A stretch of DNA of 64,000 nt from Asterias rubens (taxonomy: Eukaryota). Shown piece by piece: positions 23,601 through 35,600 of the stretch; the first letter of the stretch is position 1, and each line of letters begins with the position of its first letter. The notes beneath the pieces are model-generated. The model saw only the letters and a list, made by a program, of their open reading frames with translations, ran no database searches and had not been told where the DNA came from. The stretch spans positions 19,654,001 through 19,718,000 of the forward strand of contig NC_047070.1 of assembly GCF_902459465.1 (NCBI RefSeq), given 5' to 3'. The position numbers and the translations under genes are program-made.

Positions 23601-26600
23601 TGTGACACCCTGTGCTAAATTAAGTTATTCCTAAAAGAAAATAGCATTAAAAGTGGAAACAACCAGAACATAAGCCTTGATATAAATGTGACGTGACACC
23701 TAAAATATTATATATGTTGAGAAATTTATAGGTACATGTCCATGCGAGGGTAGAGATGGAGTGCATTGATATGTCACTGTAACTTGCGCTAAACAGGCAT
23801 GATATTTGGGGGAAAAGTAGGAATATTATATTTAGTACTGTATAAGGGCTGACCTAAATGTCTGACACCTTTAATAGACTTTTCAAGTTTTTTTATCACA
23901 ATTTGTCTGATTTGTCCCTTTAGGGCAAACAAATCGGAGATCAGACTTAAAGCCATTGGACACTTTCAGAACAGAAACAAAAAAAGTTCACAGATTTACA
24001 AATAACCTACAGGGTTTACAAAAGGTAATGGTGAAAGACTTTTCTTGAAATATTATTCCATGAAATGCTTTACTTTTTGAGAAAACATTAAAACAATTAT
24101 CAATTCTGGATAATTACGGATTTAATTTAAACACATGTCATGACACGACGAAACGTACGGAAACAATGGTGGGTTTTCCTGTTATTTTCTCCCGACTCCG
24201 ATGACTGATTGAGCCTAAATTTTCACAGGTTTGTTATTTTATATATAAGTTCTGATATGACAGACTTTCAATATTGGTCTTACCTTTCGTCTTGACTGGC
24301 TTTACTGATTTTGTCTGCTGCTTCTGTACTGAATAAAGCCTGCCAACATCACGATAACAAAATCCACATCAATTTATTTTTAAAGCATTCGGCCAACTTT
24401 GTTTTTTGTCAAAGACCTGTATCTACACTTTTTGTGACCAACATATACACAAAAAAATAACCCTGTGGAACTTTTAAAGGTGTAATACAGAAAGGGTAGA
24501 ACTGATACAATAGTTGCAGACAGTGTTCATGTTTTGTGTGATCACCTTCGGCTCAGGCCATTATCACACGACCACGACCCTGCCGGTTTTAAACAGCCGA
24601 TAAGAACTCGTCACTACCCTTTTACTCCCTTATTATATCAGTTTGATTCAGAAATAAATGTAGTTTCAATGTTGTTATTCTTACCGTTCCATGTCCATTG
24701 GCTTCAAAGTAAACACCCACATCAAACTCCAGAGCTTTACGATGTAGATGTTTGACTCCAGTGCAGGCACATGCTACCGGTACTTTCTGAAAACAATTCA
24801 TAAAAATTAAATAAGCCCCTGCGAAAAAGTAGCATATAATAGAAATATGAAAGGTCCATTCCCTAACTTTGTGAATATAGAACACAACTCAGAAATCAAA
24901 CTTCTGTATAGACCTTATGCATTGACATCATCCAGTCGCCATCTTAGAGGAAAAACGGTGACGAAACAATCGAAACGCACGGCGCACAGGATTGGCCAAT
25001 GAACAACCTCCTTTTGACCTCTAGGTGAGGGCGCCCTACTGAATGACTTCATGGGCATAAGGTCTATTTTGACTTACTAGGACATTTGAGGCATATGCTG
25101 TGTGCTGTTTGTACGAGACCAATATTGAGTTGGAGACCAGATGCTGTGACCAATTCCCTTACTTTGTGAATATAGAACGCAACTCAGAAATCAAACTTCT
25201 GTATAGACCTTATGCATTGACGTCATCCAGTCGCCATCTTAGAGGAAAAACGGTGACGAAACAATCGAAACGCACGGCGCACAGGATTGGCCAATGAACA
25301 ACCTCCTTTTGACCTCTAGGTGAGGGCGCCCTACTGAATGACTTCATGGGCATAAGGTCTATTTTGACTTACTAGGACGTTTGAGGCATATGCTGTGTGC
25401 TGTTTGTTTGAGACCAATATTGAGTTGGAGACCAGATGCTGTGAACAATTCCCTTACTTTGTGAATATAGAACGCAACTCAGAAATCAAACTTCTGTATT
25501 GTGACTTACTAGGACGTTTGAGGCATATGCTGTAGAGCTTCCATTGGCGTAGGCTGTTTGTACAAGACCCATATTGAGTTGGAGACCGGACGCTGTGACC
25601 AACTCCTGAATGTACCCAGCAATCTACAGAAAAACAAGAACGGAGACAGAAGGTTCAGAGCTTCTAATTTCAAATATGAATTGTCTATATATTGTAAATT
25701 TTTACATTCGTTTTAGTGTCTGTATATGTTTGGTAATGACTATGAAAAATAATGGCGATAAAAACTTACTGGGTAAGAAGTACTGCAGCTTTGGAAAATG
25801 TAATGCATTTCGAGAGACTTTTCACTTTAAAGTACCGTGGTTAAAGTGTGGAAAAAGATATCACTTTTTATCCCCCGAAAAATTTAATCTGAGAAGCATT
25901 ATTCTTCCTGCGTGAATAAACCACAAAAAGAGAAGGGGTTCCCCCGGTGTTCCTTGTTTGATTGGCTGTATAATGCATCACAGCACCTTGTAAACCGTTA
26001 AATGGTCCTATGTAAACAAATAGGTCTCATACCACAATCCCTTACTGGAAAATACTGAATGTTGAAGTGCCTTGAGAGTATATGATAAGAATCCACTAGT
26101 ATTATTAATAACTTACAAGTGTTGCAATCTTGTCTCCATCCAGCAGGTGGAAAACGCCATCTGAAGAAAGAACAATGTTTAAATATTTTCATCAATTATT
26201 AATTTTCATGTATTTATTTATCTATTTCTGTTTCAAATCATCAACAATTGTGGTCAGAGAGCAAAAAAATGACTAATCGGACATGAATAAAACACACTTT
26301 TTGAAATTAAGATGAACAACTATAAGTTATCACACAAGCGCGAGTGGAATATGAAGAAGAAAAAAAAGCGCTTCTGCGTCCCATATCCAACAATGCCGAA
26401 GGCCGAGTTGGATATGGGACACAGACACGCTATATTTTTTCATATTTCAGAGTGTTATTTCACGCGCACAAAGTTTAGAATGTAATTTTTGCACTGTCCG
26501 TATCTGGAGCATGACAAAATGACATTTCACAATACGCACTGTGTAATAAAAACAGTTTGCTGAGTTCCCTTGATGGGAAGATCATCAAAATAATAAACGA

Positions 26601-29600
26601 ACAATGCAACACATTACTTGCTATGAAGAGAGTACAAACAACTTACCGTTATCAATGAAGTAGTAGACAATCCTATCAGCGTCTCCATCAAGAGATATAC
26701 ATTTACCTCCAGCTTCTTTGGTTGGCATACCTTCATGATATCAACAAATATTTCTAGTTATTGTTTATAAACAAAAATAAGTTGGGTTTGAATAAAGACA
26801 AATTTACCAGAGCTCTACCAACTGATAAAGCTATCTAACTGTCTGTTGATGGGCTCCCTATTTTGCTAGTATCTTGTTCACATCCCCTTGAGGTGATCCC
26901 CTGGCTGCCACTTCCAAGGTTGTATCGTAAACTTGGGTGTTAAGTCCAAGTCACACAGGCCCCGATAACCTAAACGAAAACAATAACGATACAAATGCAC
27001 GCCCTTGATTGGTTGAATGAGCGTGGGAGTATTCCGCGTGGAGCATTTCAACCAATCGAGGGGGTGCATTTTTATTGTTACTGTTTTCGTTCTCATTATC
27101 GGGGCCTGTGTGACTTGGCCTTTATCCCTGGCTACATGGCAGTAAAAGGTTGTTGATAAGTGTATTGGATATCTGTACATGTCCTACACACAAAGTGTTG
27201 TATTTTATTAGCGAGAAGAAGGATCCTAGAAAATAATCCAAGTGGGTTAGGGGGGTATCAGTTGCAAGTTTGCAAAATTTTTGTTGGAACTGAAAACTAG
27301 AGAATTGCAGAGAACTCTATACTACAGAATACATGTCGTTTCACACAGACATAGAAACACATTAATAAAGAATCATCAGGTCTCTCCCCAGTAATTTTTA
27401 CGACACTGTGGGGCATTCTAGACCCAAATTTGGGAAGTTTGGCCAAAGGACGAGGAATTGAAACATGGTCAACAGTATGGATTGTTTTCTACTTGTTGGT
27501 TATCTTGCTTTTCTGTGTCACTCTGGAGCATTATAAATGGTTTTATCTTGATGATTCTTGTGAAATTTGTATATAAAAAAACAAACAATAATTTAACATT
27601 TCTTTTGAGTATCGTAAGAAATTTGCGGGTATCAGCATGCAGTTGGCGCATATTGGCCCAATATGCTGTCTTGTGCATGGGAGAACCCATATCATCTAAA
27701 TTTATGTGAATTTTTCACGCTGATTATTAATCCATAATACAAATTTGGTGCCAGACGCTGCAATGAAAACACCAACCACCGAGTTTATGTTTATTTAGAG
27801 ACTAGCCAGATGGTCTATACACAGTTCAGCACGAATTGTTGACATATGGCAGACATACACCTGTATTGATTGTTTTTAATTTCCCTGCTTCGTTGAGTTG
27901 TGCTGGTAATTTCTTTTAAACGTGTCAACAATTATTTTAAATTATGCCGAGCCCAACTTCACATAGCTGCTTAGGCCACAAAAGCAGCTAAGCGTTAAAA
28001 CAATTCTGCTATGCACATTACAATTTCCGGCTAAAATACTGGATGTCATATTTGTCTTAATATAGACCTACCATAAGGAGGTTGTTGCTCCACTTTGACA
28101 AAGTCTGCTCCACACTGTCAACAAAAAACAACCAAAAACAAATTTCACACAAACTAGCTGAGTGAGCATTTGACAGTTGTATCATTTCATTGCCTCAATG
28201 CTATACAGTCCTGATTAGCAATAATTATCCTATTTTGTAACACTCAAAAGGGCTGAATATCTAGAAGGCTATAGACTTAAAGGCAGAATATATTATTGGT
28301 AATTACTCCACAAGCTAATAATGACCATGAACAGTTACTTGGTAAAGAAGACTAAAGAGCTGTTGATAGTATCAAAATTGTAAGAAACAACCCATTTGAA
28401 ATAATGTAGTTTAGAGAAAGAGGTAATTTTAAAAAGAGTAATTTTTGTTTCATTATTCTCTTTGATGACCAATTGAGTCAACTTTTACAGGTTTTTTATT
28501 TCATGCAAATGTTGGAATAAACCAAGTGAGGATGCTGGTCTTTGACAATTTAATACCAAAAGTATACCATGCCTGTAAGAAAATGGCCAAACACAACATA
28601 CATGTAAAAAGAGTCTACCAAATAGCCTCTAGTGAACAGTTTAAAACAAACTGTGTGCCAATTTGGCTACCGGTGCTGCACACTCCAAAGGAGTAAAGGC
28701 TGCTTCTGGATTACTTAAAGCCAGATAACCAGGAAAAGACATAGTGTAAGAAGCTTTAAAGGCAAGGTTTAATTTTTGTCATCACTGTCACAATAAATGG
28801 CAATCAAAACTTACTTAGTATATTGAGATTTTTTTTAATCACCCTAAATTTTAAATTGTCAAATACGTTTCTCATGTTGTGACTTCCAATTACGGATTAA
28901 AGTTCCTGCGTGGACATAACCACTATGGATTTTTGAAGATGTCTCAAAAGTGCTGCCACCTTTTGAAATGAAATTTTCACAGGTTAGTTTCTTCGCACAG
29001 AACAAAAACAGTCAACCGGTTCCAAACACCAAAGGTATACAGTCCCCTCAACATAACGGGTAACATAAATCATTAAAATTCACATCACAAAATTTTCTGA
29101 CTTTTTTTGTTTGTATAAATATTGACCCCCATAATAATCACCAAAACTAGTTAACACTACAAAGACCTTCTGTATAACTTTTCAAAGCAAACATTGTGGA
29201 TGAATTTGTTTTGATTTTAAAACTGTTCATATTCTTCTTTGCTCTTTGGCTTGTTCCTGTGGTTGTATTTATTACAGTTGAGTAAAGACTCCTATATTTT
29301 TCAATCAATATTTTCGCTTACCCTGTCGTTGAGTTTGCCATGTGTTCCATCATTATGAATGGATATTTTCAGCTGGTTGTTTAGATGCTGACATAACTGC
29401 TGCATTTTCAGAGCCCCGACCCCATTAGCTCCATCCACAGATATCTCCCTAGCGTAACAACTCTGACCAGAGTTACACTACAGGGAAACAATTGTATTTG
29501 AGCTGTCATTTAGCGGCCACCGAATAAACAATGTTTGAACATTACAAGTATCAACTATACTGATCAGGGCTAGCATTGGGGTTGGGGAAAGCTCAATATA

Positions 29601-32600
29601 TTTTTATTGGACCAAATTATGTGACAAGACCAGAATTGAGGTGAGAAAAAAATGCCTCACATGTTAGTAACTGTTTGAATTAAATAAAAACACTAAGATT
29701 AAAATAATCTCATTTGTACACTGAGATTGATACTCATTCGTATATTTGTATGGGTAATTAGTCTTAGATAATTGACAGACTATTATTTATGAGACTGAAA
29801 GTCGGAATTTGAACCCGGTCATGAGTTTACTGGCCACATGCTAAAATCACTGGCCTCAGGCCTGTAGTCCAGTGTCAAATTCAAGCCCTGTTAATATGTC
29901 CTATAGACCCATTGCACAATGCGCAGCGCACTTACATGCGGGTCTCCTGCCCACCATTTTGGGTGTCACACCCACAAAATGATGGTACACGTGTTTACGC
30001 ACCTCCGAACAATGCGTCTACCATTTCTGCCTTTTGTGGAGAGTCCATTCCTTTTGAGCACGTTTTGACAGACAAAATGGCAGACAAGAGAGAAGTGCGC
30101 ATATGTGCGCTGCGCTTTGTGCAAGGGGTCTTTGACAAAGGGTTGAATTCTAACTAGACAAAGTAGATAAATTAGCAATTATGAACAAACCTGTTGCCTA
30201 ACTTGAGTAAACGCTGACGATAGTTTACTGTAGTAACCCTGCTCAGTTGCTTTACCGTAGTCACCCTTTGTGTTATGACACCTGAAGATTGGACAACAAA
30301 GGGTTTTGAGTCATTGCATGGTGAGGTATCTCCGGTAACACCAGTATATATACATAGAGCAAGTGCGAGACTGCACCATGGTTAACTAAAGGTTTACTAT
30401 ATTGGTCGACCATTGGATGACTACTGTGGTCGACCACTTGGAACCAGGTTCAGAACCATGGTTTGTTCACTGGTCTCAATAGCCTGTTCCATGCTAACAT
30501 GTGTAAAGCGCAGAGTGGAACCAGTGACAATGTAGGGAAAGGCAATGGAGTGTTAAGTACCATGGTACGGACGGTTGACTAGGCTTCCAAACGAGTTGTT
30601 CGAGTGAGTGCATCACTGCGCATGTACGTTGCTGGGCAGTAGTCTACTATATGTGCGCACTCGAACATGCTCTTAGCTGTGTAGATTTGTTCTGAGATAA
30701 CTTGTCTTGCTATTGTCGAAAAGTAGGTTTGAAAGAGAGACTCTACTCAAACGTTTGATCATCATTTTCTTTTTCATTAAAGTTATATTAACACAGTGGG
30801 ATTTTTTTATTTATTTAAAAACAGACCGTCAGACTTGTCCAGTCAAGAGTTAACTAGCCTTAGGCTGAAATTACTGGCCTGAAGCCTGTGGTCCAGTGTA
30901 AAATGCGAGCCCTGCTGCTACAATTAAGATGTATTTACCTGACCATGTAATGGAGTTGTGGTGTTGACAGCAGCCCTTTTTGGAAGACAAAATACAAAAT
31001 GTAAAGTGTGTTAGAACCTAGCTATCAGAAAAAGATAAAGTATACATATTATTTAAGGCATTGCGATAATATTTGGTTTGCGGTAACACCATGTGTGTAT
31101 CTACTTGCCAGGTAGAGTTTGTTCTTTAGAGAACTGTCTTGCTATATATTCCACTACCGCGGAGTAGATTTAACGGATTGTTCGGGAGACTTCTCAGTTC
31201 TGAAAAGAGCTGTCCTGCTTTTTAACTATTAAGATAAAGTTGGGTTTTTTACACTTCCCAGTGAAAATCCATAAGACCAGCTATGTGGGGTTTCCTTAAA
31301 CAAATAATCTTTTGGGATTATTATTCACTTGTGTAAATTTTCCTTTTGTCATGGTTTTATGATGGCTTTGAGGTCGGGTGTGCATCAGGTGCACAATAAA
31401 TCTACTTATTACTTATACATGTATCAATAATATTAATTTTATGTAAATCATACCATAGTCGATATAGTCTCCTTTCAAGGTCTGAATACCATCCATTAGC
31501 GCTTGAGCCAAGGCTACACTACTGGGTCTGAGAAAAAACAGACAGCAAAACATATTCAGTTACTATCATGAAGGACGTTTTACATCAAAATTACAAAATC
31601 AAATATATAATTTTGAGATGTGACTCCTTTTATAATATATCATAAGTTGATAAGAATCAGACTGTGTCATCTCTTGTAATAAGTCATTTGTGTGTTAGAT
31701 TTTAATATTGTCTGGTACAATGACATGCTTGATCACAAGTCCACTTAAACTTGAATTCCTCAGACTATCGAGACAGTTACTATGTCACATGATTAGGGGC
31801 AAGCTTATGCTCAGTTGCGTAAAATATGAAGAACACCCATGCACGATTCTGAATGAACGTGTTTGGCACAATGGTACCAGGGTTGGCTCATCTGGAGGTT
31901 GCTATGCAAAGGCTTGCCTCGAACCATTTGACATAGCAACTATCTCTATAGTCTGAGAAATTCAAAATGTAAGCGGTACATTGTGACTAAGCAAGTCATT
32001 GTACCAGACATTATTCATATCTAACTCGCAATTGGCTTATTGCGAGGTTTTTTTTGCCATTCAGCTGTTAACAAATCGTTCCAGAGGAAGGCCAGGCTCT
32101 GTGGCTTTTTTGTAAACATGTGATGTCCAGGGTTATAAATCAAATTTTTTTTCGAAGTCCACGAGAGCGAGCAGATCAACAAAATTATTCATGTTTAAAT
32201 ATAGGGCCATAAAAGATGAACTGCAAGCTTCAGACCAGATGCCAGGTTTCCAAACTGTTCGCATTATGGGCCATGCAATAAGTTACATGTCAATGACCTT
32301 TTGACTGTGCTCTTTTTCTGTGCGTTTGATACTCCTCATTATTAGCTGTGTCTCAGATCAATGCACAGTGGACAGTATTTTGATTTATTCTATGGGAAAT
32401 CTGTGCTGGGCACCACAATGCATTTAACTCAGAGTGCTGGGCAAAAATTGTGAGGCCTAGGTAAGCATGCCCAGCACCGCCCATCGAGGCCTCAACAATG
32501 GCGATGTCACAGGTCACATGGTCTATAAATCAACAGCTCGTCTTACCTTGTATCTCTTGCTAGGAAGACGTTTGCAGGGAGTGTTATGTCGATCTCTAGA

Positions 32601-35600
32601 TCACTGATTAAGCTCTCAATGTATCGGCCAAGATCCTCATCTCTGAAACAGATGGACACACAAAGACTCAAATGTAAGCGAGGATGAAGTATTAATAATA
32701 ATAATAATAATAGTGGCTTCTTATATAAGGCTCATATTTGTAACTCAGCGGCGCTCAAGAACATTCAGTATTTTCCTGCAAGGTATGTGGGACTAAGGCC
32801 GTGTCCGAATTGGCGACTTCGACTACAGCTACGGCTAGATCAGCGCGTCTGTCAGTGTTGAAGAATAGCAGACGCGCGCGCCCTAGCCGTAGTAGCTGTA
32901 GCCGAAGTCGCCAATTCGGACACGGCCTAGGTTTGAGTTATGATACCTACTCCTTTTACATAGCACCATGTAACAGTGTACAAGGTGCTGTGGCGCAATA
33001 TACTGCCAATCAAACCAGGAACCACGGGGCCTTTGAATGAGTGCACTTGGTTCTTTTACGTGCGCTACACAACACATGGGACCAACAACTTATATCCCAT
33101 CCAAAGGCCGAAGCACCGTGGTTATGTGTCATGCTTAAGGACAAAGGTGTCACGACTGGGACTTGAACCCACACTCTACTGATCAGAAACACCAGAGTTT
33201 GAATTCTGTGCTCTTAACCGCTAGGCCATGAAACGCCACATTTAGGGTTACAGAAGGAGTTTACTATATACTCTAATTAGACCGTCATCATGTTGCGCCC
33301 ATCTGCAATTTTCTCCACTCTGAACCATTCTAACCAAATTGAGACTGAAAGGGCATATAGTATTTTCATGACATTGTTTTACTCATTTCTCAAAAACTAC
33401 AGCACCTCAGCATCTAATATTTTAAGGTACGCTTTCTATTATCATTATCTTCAAACGGTGTAAGTTTAATGTAAATCTGTGGACATTGTGTTTTGTGTTA
33501 CAAAAAGTACCCAAATCCTTTAAAAACAATCTAGCAGTTTGTGTTTATCAGCAAAGGATTTACATGCACTACTAGTACATTGCATAGTAGTCTGATAGTG
33601 GTAAAAAGGGTGTTAAAGATGCTATGTCAGATTGTTGCCCGATTTGACCCTAAAATTTTGATTTAAAATTCAATAGGTATTTTTATTGGGGTCGAGAAAG
33701 TTACAAGCTTTCATTTGAGCCATTGCTCGAAAAAGTCCACCAATTATTAGTAGCAGTGAAATAAAGTGCTCAGAATCCCGACAATATATCACGTGACCAA
33801 TTATTATGTGTTTTATAAGAAATGTTTTAAATTTTTGTCATGGTTCCTGACCATTAAAAGTAAAAGTTAAACTTTTTTCGTTAGAGCGGGTGATACTCTT
33901 TGAAATACCATTCACTAAACAAAATCTATTTTTTTATCTTTGGGGCAAAAAATCCGACATAGCATCTTTAATCAACCTGAACTAAAAACTCCTTTTGGCA
34001 AATAACTGTACACTGACAATCATGCTTGTTTGTGAACAACATTTAAATGTACAACTGCACTAAAGTTTCCCCCTTGAACTAACAATTGTCCGTTCACCAA
34101 ATACAATGATATTTATCAAAGTACTGCCATTTGTGCCGAGCTGGAAATTCTCTTTTCAAAGATTTTGTGATCCAGCTAGCTATCTGAAACAGTCACGCAT
34201 GTAAATTCCAATCGGCATCAACAGACCGGAAATTACATCCTCTTAAAAATATTGAATGGAACTGTTTGATATGCACCAGTGATCAGTGAACAATGTGAAT
34301 CCGTTTACTTACTTGTAAAGCTTATGAGGTGTGTACATATTTGCCTCTTGGTAAACACACATACATTGAAAGAATGAGGAGCCATTCAGAATAGTAACCG
34401 TTTAAAAGTGGGGGTTTTTCTGAAATAATTTTGACCCACCAACAAGTGGGCTGAAACAGGGTTACCCCTAGCACAGTCTGTAAAGATGTAGTATGGCTAT
34501 CATCCACTAGGAGCCTGGTTGGTGGTGCAGAATAAACTACCTTCCCTACTTATATTGAAGCAATTATTGTTAAGTGTCTTTCTCAAGGGCAAAAGTGTCA
34601 TGACCAGGATTGGAAACCACACTCTGCTGCTAACAACACCAGAGCTTGGGTCCGGTGAACTAAACTGCTTATGCCTGACATGCAGCACATTGCAAAGTCC
34701 TTTGTGTACAACAGGCTTACCCCATCCCCAGTTCCCGACATGTAACAACCCAATTCAAACCCATCATCCCCTTCAATTTGCACATTATAATTAGTTGCAT
34801 CTGGGTATACTTACGGAACATTAGCAATGGACGTCGCATACTTCTCCCACTCAGCTACCAACATCTCTCCCATGGGTTCAACGACCTTGACCCCATTGTC
34901 CTCCTCCGGATTGTGCGATGCAGTTATCATTACACCAACGGTTGCTGTAAAAAACAATCATATTGAACCAAAACCTTCAACCAATCTATTCAGTTATAAC
35001 CTACAGTCAAGGCATTCCTTAGGGAACTTGAACGTTCTACTCTGGAACAGACTCCTTGCTGAACTCAAAAAAGAAACCTCATTTGCGAAGTTCAAAATTC
35101 AATAAACCCACCTCTTCCATACTTCCTGACGTAATTAGTTCGTGCTTTAGCTGAGACTTTTTTTGGCTTATCCCTCAATCATGCCAGGAGTGTCAAGTCT
35201 GACAGACATAGCGAGATATAAATCTTTACTAATATTATTACATTGGATGGATCACAGGAACTAGTATTGACAACTTGACAGTCTGACAACTCGACCTGTC
35301 GGACAACTCAACAGTCTGACAACTCCACCTGTTGGACAACTCAACAGCTGTACAACTCGACAGTCTGGCAACTCCACCGGCCAGACAACTCAACGAGTTG
35401 GACAACACCACCGACCAGACAACCTAGACAGTTTAACAAGTCGTCTGCGAGACAACTCGACATAGTGCCAAGACAAGTCAATGAGTGAAGTCGACGAGCG
35501 ATTGACTAAATGTGCTACTGACATCAGTGACAAAGTGTTCAAGAAAGTCTAGTATAAATCCTAAATTTGCACCGACTTTGTTATAAGCACCGTATGTGGC

